Positions 19,346 to 26,539 of a DNA stretch of 40,824 bases are shown here, one piece after another. The DNA comes from a virus (lineage: Duplodnaviria > Caudoviricetes). Below the pieces are notes generated by a model. The model worked only from the letters and a program-made list of their open reading frames with translations. It searched no databases and was not told the origin of the DNA. The stretch's first letter is position 1. The number at the start of each line of letters is the position of its first letter. The stretch covers positions 1 through 40,824 of IMG/VR virus record IMGVR_UViG_3300049144_000024; one strand, written 5' to 3'. Both the position numbers and the translations under genes were made by a program.

Positions 19346-19585
19346 ATGATCGGAACGGTGACAAAGGAGCAGTACGGGGTCCTCCTGGGGCAGGAGGCAC
19401 AACGCTATGTCCTGGAAGAGAGCCCCCGGCGGTGCCCGAAGACCGCCGAGGTCCTGAAGCTGCGCGAGCACTTCGAGAAGATGGGTGCGGTGATCCTCAA
19501 CGTGACGCTGGGAGGCATCGCGTTCTCGATGCCCGACAGCCCTGACGTGCGGATGTTCTGCTCGGTGGTGGTGCCCCATGCTTGA
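19346..19585 (+). CDS. Hypothetical protein, 79 aa
   Basis: ATG after GAGGGG. Confidence 0.6.
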   Translation: MIGTVTKEQYGVLLGQEAQRYVLEESPRRCPKTAEVLKLREHFEKMGAVILNVTLGGIAFSMPDSPDVRMFCSVVVPHA

Positions 19586-19766
19586 GAAAACAGTCGAGCC
19601 CACCATTCAGGTGGCGAGCAACAACGGGGTGGTGCTCCTGAAGCTGAAACCGGACGGCAGCTACGAGCTGCCGGCCCCTATCGACCAGATGCTGATCTCC
19701 GATCATCCGCTGGTCCGGGCATTCGGGAAGGCATTGTGGGACGCAAAGCAGGGGAAGCTGAAATGA
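19578..19766 (+). CDS. Hypothetical protein, 62 aa
   Basis: Overlaps both neighbours in operon fashion. Confidence 0.6.
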   Translation: MLEKTVEPTIQVASNNGVVLLKLKPDGSYELPAPIDQMLISDHPLVRAFGKALWDAKQGKLK

Positions 19767-20074
19767 GAGACGTCCTGATCGAGGCTCTGAACGAGGTGTT
19801 CACCCCGGGCACCCCTCTGACGATCGCTCAAGTGGCGGACCTGATCCTGGAGAAGGTGCGGGCTCGCAACGAGGGCGAGCAGCTGCCGGCACCGCCGACC
19901 AACGTGGAGTGGGCTCACTTCAAGGGCGGGCGGTACTCGCTGATGGGGGTCTGCCGGCACACCGAGAACCGGGAGCAGCTCGCGGTCTACTACTCGATGA
20001 CGGACGGTGAGATGCACGCCAGGCCGTTGAGGATGTGGACGGATGATCGGTTCCGACCGATCGAGCGGATCTGA
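19763..20074 (+). CDS. DUF1653-domain protein
   Basis: WAHFKGGRYSLMGVCRHTE...AVYY...HARPLRMW...RF matches the DUF1653 pattern. Confidence 0.8.
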   Translation: MRDVLIEALNEVFTPGTPLTIAQVADLILEKVRARNEGEQLPAPPTNVEWAHFKGGRYSLMGVCRHTENREQLAVYYSMTDGEMHARPLRMWTDDRFRPIERI

Positions 20075-20079
20075 TGAGG

Positions 20080-20109
20080 AGGCCCGGGGTGACCCGGGCC
20101 TTTTCGTTT
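20080..20109 (+). terminator. Rho-independent terminator between convergent genes
   Basis: AGGCCCGGG-GTGA-CCCGGGCCT then TTTCGTTT. Confidence 0.8.
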
Positions 20110-20291
20110 CAGAACACGTCGCTGCCGGCCGCCACGTTTTGGCTCGCCTGGTGGATCTCGATGGCCGCGATCTTCTTCTCTGCGTCGAGCTGCAGCGTCA
20201 CATCCGGATACACCTGCAGCGTCTGCTCCACCTTGGCGTCCGTGAGCCTGATGGTGATGATGTCGGTGGTCGTGTCGTAGTTGAGCTTCAT
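20109..20291 (-). CDS. DUF2283-domain protein, 60 aa
   Basis: MKLNYDTTTDIITIRL...VTLQLDAEKKIAAIEIHQAS; GGAG upstream. Confidence 0.75.
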   Translation of the reverse strand: MKLNYDTTTDIITIRLTDAKVEQTLQVYPDVTLQLDAEKKIAAIEIHQASQNVAAGSDVF

Positions 20292-20707
20292 TGAACTCTC
20301 CGTGGTCCGGAGGAAACTACGATCATCCCAAGGGATGTTCCAAGAACCCGTCTCGACTTCGAGGCGGGTTTTTTCGTACTCCTGTCTCAAGACGAGCGGC
20401 AAGTAGTCGCCCCACGCATACAGTAGAGACAAGATGTAATGGTGCTATTACCTGAAATCCGAAAGTTTTCCGGAAAATAAATGGCGCATAGTGTGCCCCT
20501 CCGACCCGGAAAAACCCAATAAAATCATACACTTATCCCTAACAACTTACATGTATTAACAGGTGCTAGACCTGGCATTGTGAGTGGGCGGGGGGATGTG
20601 CCTCCCGCCGGGGCTCCCCCCGGGCTTGGGGAGGGTCGGGAGAGGTGCGTCCTCTCTCGACCGGGGATCCTCCCAAAAATTTTTGGAACCGAAAAGGACA
20701 CAAGATC

Positions 20708-21448
20708 ATGGCTTACACCTTCGGCGAAGTAATCGAGACCTCTGCCAACAACACTGTTGCGGCGCATGAACTCCAGAACCGCGCGCTTGCGGGTTCGGCC
20801 CTCGCCTACATCATGCTCACCACGTGGGTTGATGAGACCATGGACAGCAAGGGCGCGCGGGAGGTCATCAAGACTTACGGCGTCGAGGCGGGCCTCTCCA
20901 AGGACATTTGGGCCAACTACCTGCCCAAGGTCACGAAGGCGGCCGACAAGGTGGTGGCCAACTATGGCGACCACGACGACCTCAACGCGGTGCGCCACGC
21001 CGACGACGCCGAAACCGCGCTTGACCTGTTCGTGGCGTTCATGGCGTCCCTTGACGTGGTGCGCCCCTACCATTGGACCGTGTGGGGCAACCAGAAATCG
21101 GCGGGCAAGCGTGAGGAGGTGTCGAAGGTCGACACCAAAAAGGCAACCGCCTTGCTTGCGGCCATGGGTAAGAGCAACGCCACGCCCACGGTGGAGCGCA
21201 AGATTGCGCCCACGGAAGAGGCCCAGCGTGAGGCGGCGACCGTGGCGGCGCTCAAGCTCGACGACGTCGTTGCCTTCGTCAAGGCCCTCGACGACAAGGA
21301 CAGCTTGAACCTGCTGGCCGTGGCGCTCAACGAACGCCTTGTGGCCATGGCCAAGGTGGACCTTGAGGCTCGCGAGGCCGAGACGGTTTCCACTCCCGTG
21401 GTTTCCGAAGAGGTCAAGACCTCCCGCCGCCGCCGCAACGCGGCCTAA
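20708..21448 (+). CDS. Hypothetical protein, 246 aa (first accessory-region gene)
   Basis: ATG after AAGGA, downstream of palindrome 1. Confidence 0.85.
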   Translation: MAYTFGEVIETSANNTVAAHELQNRALAGSALAYIMLTTWVDETMDSKGAREVIKTYGVEAGLSKDIWANYLPKVTKAADKVVANYGDHDDLNAVRHADDAETALDLFVAFMASLDVVRPYHWTVWGNQKSAGKREEVSKVDTKKATALLAAMGKSNATPTVERKIAPTEEAQREAATVAALKLDDVVAFVKALDDKDSLNLLAVALNERLVAMAKVDLEAREAETVSTPVVSEEVKTSRRRRNAA

Positions 21449-21602
21449 CCCCTCCCGCCCGGTGACGGGCGCCCCTCCGGGGCCGCCCTCCCGCCTTCGC
21501 GCGCTTGCCCTCGCGTGTCCTGACACGGGCGCACATCGTGCGTCGCTGTGAGCACACCCGAATTGTGCCCGAGGCAGGGCCAAAAATTTTTGGAGCCGAA
21601 CA

Positions 21603-21953
21603 ATGAGAGCCAAATGGTTCGAGGCCAACAATTCGCCGAACCGGACGCCGGCCGCGCAAGAGCGCGATGACGACCGCCAGCGCCAGGGCGACGCCCACGC
21701 TCGTGGCTACGGCAACGAGTTCAGCGGCTGGGCCAGCCTCTGCCCCACCCTCGACGGCGTGGCCCGGGCGAAGGCGGTGGCTCTCAAGCGGACGGCCGGT
21801 CGCGTCCTCCCGGGCGCGCTGGAGCGCACGAAGCTCGCCCTGGAGACGGATCCGGCCGTGGAGGAGCGGCGTGGCCCCAAGATGTTCGTCGCCACGCAGC
21901 CGGCGCGCGTCCGGTTCGTGCCCCCGAAGCCGAAGTTGGGCCGGGGCGGCTGA
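21603..21953 (+). CDS. Hypothetical basic protein, 116 aa
   Basis: GGAG overlapping palindrome 2. Confidence 0.7.
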   Translation: MRAKWFEANNSPNRTPAAQERDDDRQRQGDAHARGYGNEFSGWASLCPTLDGVARAKAVALKRTAGRVLPGALERTKLALETDPAVEERRGPKMFVATQPARVRFVPPKPKLGRGG

Positions 21954-22191
21954 AACGGGAAGGGCGTGAGGGTGGAGGTGGGCGTGGGAGGGGTGGTGAA
22001 CCGGGATTTGGTTCATCGGGATGCGGGTGTCTGATTTAGAGGTCCGCTGACAGGCGAAGTGTGTCTCCCCGGTAGGGTGGGACCAAAAATTTTTGGATCG
22101 CCGCTGGCGGCCAGTTTCCGTGGAAATCCGAGGCCTTCCAAACCCGCAGGGAGCGGGAACGAGGCCTCATGCGACAAGTGAGGGCAAAACG

Positions 22192-22290
22192 ATGAAGTTT
22201 CTGGTGAGTGTGACGGCTACGACCGTCGTGTTGATGAGCTACACGCTCATCGTCGAGTTCGTGTTCCCGTCGCCGATGGGGGCGTGGTGA
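22192..22290 (+). CDS. Small putative membrane peptide, 32 aa
   Basis: GAGGG upstream; MKFLVSVTATTVVLMSYTLIVEFVF is hydrophobic. Confidence 0.5.
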   Translation: MKFLVSVTATTVVLMSYTLIVEFVFPSPMGAW

Positions 22291-22291
22291 G

Positions 22292-22501
22292 ATGGCCGTG
22301 TATCTGTTCCGTGGCGACAGGTGCCACCTGACCTACTCGAAGGAGGAGGGTCATCGCATCACCCGGCTCGCCGACAATCGTCGAGCATGGGTGCCGCCTC
22401 TGGTGGCGGACGAGATCCTCCTCATCGGTGAGGTGCTCTGCGACCGGTCCCGCCAGCTCCGGGCTGAGATCGACAAGCGTCTCTCCCGGTACGTGTCCTG
22501 A
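22292..22501 (+). CDS. Hypothetical protein, 69 aa
   Basis: ORF track; coding-like codon use. Confidence 0.65.
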   Translation: MAVYLFRGDRCHLTYSKEEGHRITRLADNRRAWVPPLVADEILLIGEVLCDRSRQLRAEIDKRLSRYVS

Positions 22502-22692
22502 CATTCCGTTGCCTCAGCCATTCGTGGCTGAGGGACACCTTCAGAGCATCATCCCCGGTGTTCTGAAGCTGTCCCTCAATACCCCTAGGCCATCCCGACG
22601 AAACTTTTCGGGTGCCGGGGACCCTGGACAGCCCGACGCAGGATCAGTGCGTCTGAAATCTGGATCCAAAAATTTTTGGAAAGGACAATCCG

Positions 22693-22953
22693 ATGAAGTT
22701 GCAAGTCTCGAAGCTGCAGAACGATGGGCAGGGCCGCTGGACGCCGCTGGCTCGCCGGTCGGTCGATACGATGACCGATGCGGTCAAGACCTTCCGTGCC
22801 TTTGCTTCCGAGCATGAGGAGCTGATCGAGGGCAAGCTGATCGACATCACTCAGCATCCTGAGTTCCCCGACTTCGCGCAGATGAAGCGCAACACCATCG
22901 GTGCTGGGGACAGCCAGACGCTGATGGTCGTGATCAAGAGGATCCAGGAGTGA
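22693..22953 (+). CDS. Hypothetical protein, 86 aa
   Basis: AAGGA directly after palindrome 4. Confidence 0.75.
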   Translation: MKLQVSKLQNDGQGRWTPLARRSVDTMTDAVKTFRAFASEHEELIEGKLIDITQHPEFPDFAQMKRNTIGAGDSQTLMVVIKRIQE

Positions 22954-23093
22954 CCTCGAACCCGTCACTCATCGAGGCCCTGGTCGCCGCTGCCAAAGCT
23001 GGCGACCTCGTGGCTCAAAGCATCATCGGAGGCTGGTCCACCGGCTTCGCTATTTCCGTGGCCATGATGGTCTACGGGCTCTGCCGTTCCTGA
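22950..23093 (+). CDS. Small hydrophobic protein, 47 aa
   Basis: GTGA overlap with the upstream stop; fills the gap before palindrome 5. Confidence 0.5.
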   Translation: MTSNPSLIEALVAAAKAGDLVAQSIIGGWSTGFAISVAMMVYGLCRS

Positions 23094-23145
23094 CCCACCC
23101 GACGTGGGTCTCCAACCACTCCAAAAATTTTTGGGAGACAAGACG

Positions 23146-23676
23146 ATGAAGACCTTCCGCATTCAAGTTCGCAAGCCGCAGTCCTCGACCGATCTCTATT
23201 ACAACGAAGAGGCCGAGACGATGGCTCTCGCCATGGGACAGGCCGTTGTGCGCAATGGCTTCACCAACGGCGACATCGTGGGCTGCTGGGAGATGAACGC
23301 GAGCTGGCCCGGTCCTGGCCATCAGCTGATCCTCGACCTGATCCACGCTTCGAAAAAGGCTGGATCCAAGATCGAGATGATCAAGACCATGCGGAACAGC
23401 ACGGGTCTCGGCCTGAAGGAGGCCAAGGACCTGACCGAGCTGCTGCTCGACGCGATGAAGGCTCTCCCGGCTCAGCCCTACAAGTCGAAGAGCTATGTCG
23501 TGTTCTCGACCTGGGAGCATGGCGACTACGCCGACTACCGCCGGAACACGTTTGACGACCGAGGTGCTGCCATGGACCTAGCCGAGCGCCAGATCGAGTC
23601 TGGGGCCACCCAGGTCGTCGTGGCCGAGGTCCTGGCTCAGTCCCAGGCCAGGGTGGTCCTCGTTTCGGCCGCCTGA
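23146..23676 (+). CDS. Protein with an internal ribosomal protein bL12 (L7/L12) C-terminal-like motif, 176 aa
   Basis: KIEMIKTMRNSTGLGLKEAKDL (23368-23433); GGAG overlapping palindrome 5. Confidence 0.8.
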   Translation: MKTFRIQVRKPQSSTDLYYNEEAETMALAMGQAVVRNGFTNGDIVGCWEMNASWPGPGHQLILDLIHASKKAGSKIEMIKTMRNSTGLGLKEAKDLTELLLDAMKALPAQPYKSKSYVVFSTWEHGDYADYRRNTFDDRGAAMDLAERQIESGATQVVVAEVLAQSQARVVLVSAA

Positions 23677-23714
23677 TTACCATGCAAGGGCCGGCCGTCC
23701 CGAGCCGCCGGCCG

Positions 23715-23900
23715 GCCCTATCTATATTATATCTCTTTCTTTTTTCTCCCTTTCTTCCCCCCAAGAAAGAATAAAAGAATAGTTAGACGTACTAGAAAAG
23801 CGGTGCGGGGAGAAGAGAAGAACATACTAGGGTATATTATTGTTAATTAAACATCCCAAGGAAACCTTCTGTCTATACTAGTATTATTAGTTAGAAGAGG
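23715..23900. other. AT-rich non-coding island, candidate replication origin or major promoter
   Basis: Pyrimidine tract then purine tract; TACTAG x3 (23790, 23825, 23876); TAGTTAGA x2 (23780, 23888). Confidence 0.55.
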
Positions 23901-23908
23901 AGAGTGCT

Positions 23909-24436
23909 GTGCAGAACATCCCTAGGAACATCAGAGAAAAGATCAGAATTGAGGGTGATTGCTGGATTTGGACTGGGTATGTCGTGCCTGCGCGCAAAAA
24001 TGTCCCGCGCCTCAACATCCCTGGTCCAAACGCGATTGAGGGCGTCACTCGCCCCCTTCTTCAGGTCTACGACCACAAACCGCAGCCTCGTGCGAGCTGG
24101 GATGGTCAGAGCAAGCCGGCCCCGCGTGTCGTCATGGCCCACCACCTGCAGGTGGACTACGCCCTGGTGCCGACCATGAAGAACATCTGCGGTCACCACC
24201 TGTGTGTGTGCCCCAACCACTTCGTGCTCGGGAAGAAGGCTCCGAGACGGCGTTTCGCCGCCCTTCACGAGGAGGAGAAGCCCGTCGTCCACGACCTCCT
24301 GGCCAGCCTGAAGCAGGCCGAGCCTCTGCCTGAACTCGGGGCCGGTAATGCGGCCGAGGAGCTGGGCGTCGACCACATCCCCGACGACGTCTGGGATCAG
24401 TACATCGCCCACTGTCTGGAGGCCCAAGATGCCTGA
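23909..24436 (+). CDS. Degenerate HNH/His-Cys-type endonuclease-like protein
   Basis: DCWIWTG and NICGHHLCVCPNHF resemble CWxWxG...HxCxNxxCVNPxHL. Confidence 0.6.
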   Translation: MQNIPRNIREKIRIEGDCWIWTGYVVPARKNVPRLNIPGPNAIEGVTRPLLQVYDHKPQPRASWDGQSKPAPRVVMAHHLQVDYALVPTMKNICGHHLCVCPNHFVLGKKAPRRRFAALHEEEKPVVHDLLASLKQAEPLPELGAGNAAEELGVDHIPDDVWDQYIAHCLEAQDA

Positions 24437-24644
24437 GACGAAATGGGTCGCCGTCGCCGCCCAGCGTGGCTTCCAGCATTGGGGTCTGTACGAGGGTGAG
24501 AAGCTCATCGGGCACTTCTCCTGGAAGCCTCACAGAATCGAGTTCTGGACCGAGGCGTCAGCCCGGGTGGAGCTGGTGCGTAAGCGGACCACCGTCGACG
24601 AGGCCAAGACCCACCTTCTCACCCTCATCGGAGGATCCTCATGA
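24429..24644 (+). CDS. Hypothetical protein, 71 aa
   Basis: GGAGG upstream; overlapping start. Confidence 0.7.
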   Translation: MPETKWVAVAAQRGFQHWGLYEGEKLIGHFSWKPHRIEFWTEASARVELVRKRTTVDEAKTHLLTLIGGSS

Positions 24645-24793
24645 ACCCCAGAGAAGCAAACGCCCGTGCCTACTGTCTGAGCATCGGGCTCGACCCGGAC
24701 GAGATCATCATCGGCTGGCAGCGTCACGGCGAGGACGGGATGCTCAAGTACGAGGGTGAACGCTGGCGCTGGTACCTCGGAGCCACCCCGTGA
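24641..24793 (+). CDS. Hypothetical protein, 50 aa
   Basis: GGAGG upstream; ATGA overlap; not in the track. Confidence 0.65.
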   Translation: MNPREANARAYCLSIGLDPDEIIIGWQRHGEDGMLKYEGERWRWYLGATP

Positions 24794-24888
24794 GACCCTT
24801 CCTCGAACTCCTCCTGGCCGCCGCTGCGGCCTTCATCCTGGCCACCCTGCTGCTCCTGGCAACAGGCGTGCTCCAGGTCCCGGTGTAG
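24790..24888 (+). CDS. Small membrane peptide, 32 aa
   Basis: GTGA overlap; MRPFLELLLAAAAAFILATLLLLATGVLQVPV; stop abuts palindrome 6. Confidence 0.55.
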   Translation: MRPFLELLLAAAAAFILATLLLLATGVLQVPV

Positions 24889-24928
24889 CCAAAAATTTTT
24901 GACCCTCTCTGCAACCAAGAGGTGTAAC

Positions 24929-25153
24929 ATGCCCAAACCCACCCGCCTGAACGGGTCGTCTGACTTCCCGTGCCACGACCCCAAGTTCACACTCACCATC
25001 CGCACCGGCAACGCGGCCTTCGAGCACCACCCACACAGAGAGATCGCTCGGATCCTATACGAGGCCGCCGAGGCCCTCGTGCGCCGGGGCCAGACCGAGG
25101 GCAAGTTGCGCGACCACAATGGCAACACCGTAGGGGAGTTCAAGCTCACATGA
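24929..25153 (+). CDS. Phage hypothetical protein, 74 aa
   Basis: GAGGT upstream; TGNAAF...EIARIL...RDHNGNTVG. Confidence 0.75.
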   Translation: MPKPTRLNGSSDFPCHDPKFTLTIRTGNAAFEHHPHREIARILYEAAEALVRRGQTEGKLRDHNGNTVGEFKLT

Positions 25154-25821
25154 CCCGCCACACCCAGGAACCCACCGCCACCGTAACCGACCGTGGCACC
25201 CGCTTCGACCACCCCGCCTTCGGCCAGATCGTGGTCTCGAAGATCTCGGGCCACACGACCCTCTACGGATCCGACTTCCAGCACGACCAGTTCGTGCAGA
25301 TCCGGGTCTACAAGTCGCAGCTCAACCGCGACCTCAGCCGGGACTGGCACTACCCATACGAAGAGTTCGTCTCGGTCAACATGAGCGAGGCTCAGTGGGC
25401 CACCTTCGTCTCGTCCTTCGGCGTGGGCGGCGGCGTGCCATGCACGATCGAGCACATCAACCGCGAGAGGATGCCTGGCATCCCGTACCGGGACGAGGCT
25501 CAGTCGTACAAGATTGAGGCGCACAAGACCGTGAAGCGGTCCGTCCAGGAGCTGAAGGACCTGCGTGCCGAAGTCGCCGAGGGTGTGTCCGGGCTCTCGA
25601 AGGTCCGCCAGGAGACGATCCTGAAGCGGATCGACCGCTCGATCAGCTCGCTGAACTCCTCTCTACCCTTCGTGGTGGACTCGTTCTCCGAGCACATGGA
25701 AACCCGCGTCGAGAAGGCGAAGGTCGAGATCAATGCGTACATGACCAACACGGTGATGCGCGCCGGCCTCGACACCCTCGGCCTGTCAATGCCGCTCCAG
25801 TTGGAGCCGCCACGAGATTAG
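25150..25821 (+). CDS. Phage hypothetical protein, 223 aa
   Basis: ATGA overlap; HPAFGQI...LYGS...MSEAQWATFVSS...GVPCT. Confidence 0.8.
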   Translation: MTRHTQEPTATVTDRGTRFDHPAFGQIVVSKISGHTTLYGSDFQHDQFVQIRVYKSQLNRDLSRDWHYPYEEFVSVNMSEAQWATFVSSFGVGGGVPCTIEHINRERMPGIPYRDEAQSYKIEAHKTVKRSVQELKDLRAEVAEGVSGLSKVRQETILKRIDRSISSLNSSLPFVVDSFSEHMETRVEKAKVEINAYMTNTVMRAGLDTLGLSMPLQLEPPRD

Positions 25822-26160
25822 CACCGGCCACTCAAGGCGAAGCCGGTGCCCACACCCCCACGACCAGTAAGACCAGACATGCTGTGGCGATGTAGCCCAG
25901 CGGGGGCTGGATGAACGTCGTGTAGGGCAACACAGGAGGTAATCATGCGCAAGCTCTGAACCTGACATAGCGCCCTTATCCTGGCGCACTCAACCGAGTA
26001 CGAGGTCCTGGGGTAAAGCATCCGTGTGGCGGGAGCTGCACGAGATTAAGTCTCCCATCCAGGCCAATCTTCGCTGACGCGGGTCTGCAACGACCTAAAC
26101 TTGCACCAAAACGTGCCGCTGCAACGAAGCGCAGACGACTGACCGGGCGTAAGCGGTCAC
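25821..26160 (+). ncRNA. Putative structured non-coding RNA of unknown family (strand inferred from context)
   Basis: About 340 nt gap in a densely packed operon, with at least nine stems found by eye. Confidence 0.5.
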
Positions 26161-26221
26161 ACCTACTCACCTGAAATCCCAGGCCAGCCCGACCAAAAAT
26201 TTTTGGACGGAAGGATCAAAC

Positions 26222-26539
26222 ATGCAACCACACGAAATCCTAACGAAAGCCCGCGCCCTGATCGAGGATCCGGCGCGCTGGACGCAGGGTGACTACTACC
26301 GCACCCAGAACGGCGTCCGCTGCTACTGCAGCCTCGGAGCCCTCCGCGAGATCGTGGGCGACTACGACTCCCGTCTCCGCGCTGAGGAGATCCTCTACGA
26401 GGGTGCCCTCAAGCTGGCGAATACCGGCGTCGTCGACATCAACGACGGTGGGACCACCATCCCTGGCCTCACGCCTCATGAGGCAGTCCTGAAGATGTTC
26501 GACATCGCGATCGAGGAGGCTCGCAATGCAGCCCGTTGA
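26222..26539 (+). CDS. DUF6197-like protein, paralog 1
   Basis: ARALI..P..WTQG...CxC..GA...ND pattern. Confidence 0.7.
   Translation: MQPHEILTKARALIEDPARWTQGDYYRTQNGVRCYCSLGALREIVGDYDSRLRAEEILYEGALKLANTGVVDINDGGTTIPGLTPHEAVLKMFDIAIEEARNAAR

Noticed and set aside
19284-19349. 21-codon ORF bridging the primase stop and the next gene
   Set aside because: Overlaps are suggestive, but it is too short to support without expression data
25821-26160. tRNA, tmRNA, hammerhead or retron identity for the structured region
   Set aside because: No T-loop/CCA cloverleaf, no tag reading frame, no CTGATGA/GAAA core, and no reverse transcriptase in the window
20452-26178. CTGAAATC recurring at 20452, 22653 and 26171
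   Set aside because: Only 8 bp with inconsistent distance to the palindromes; could be chance
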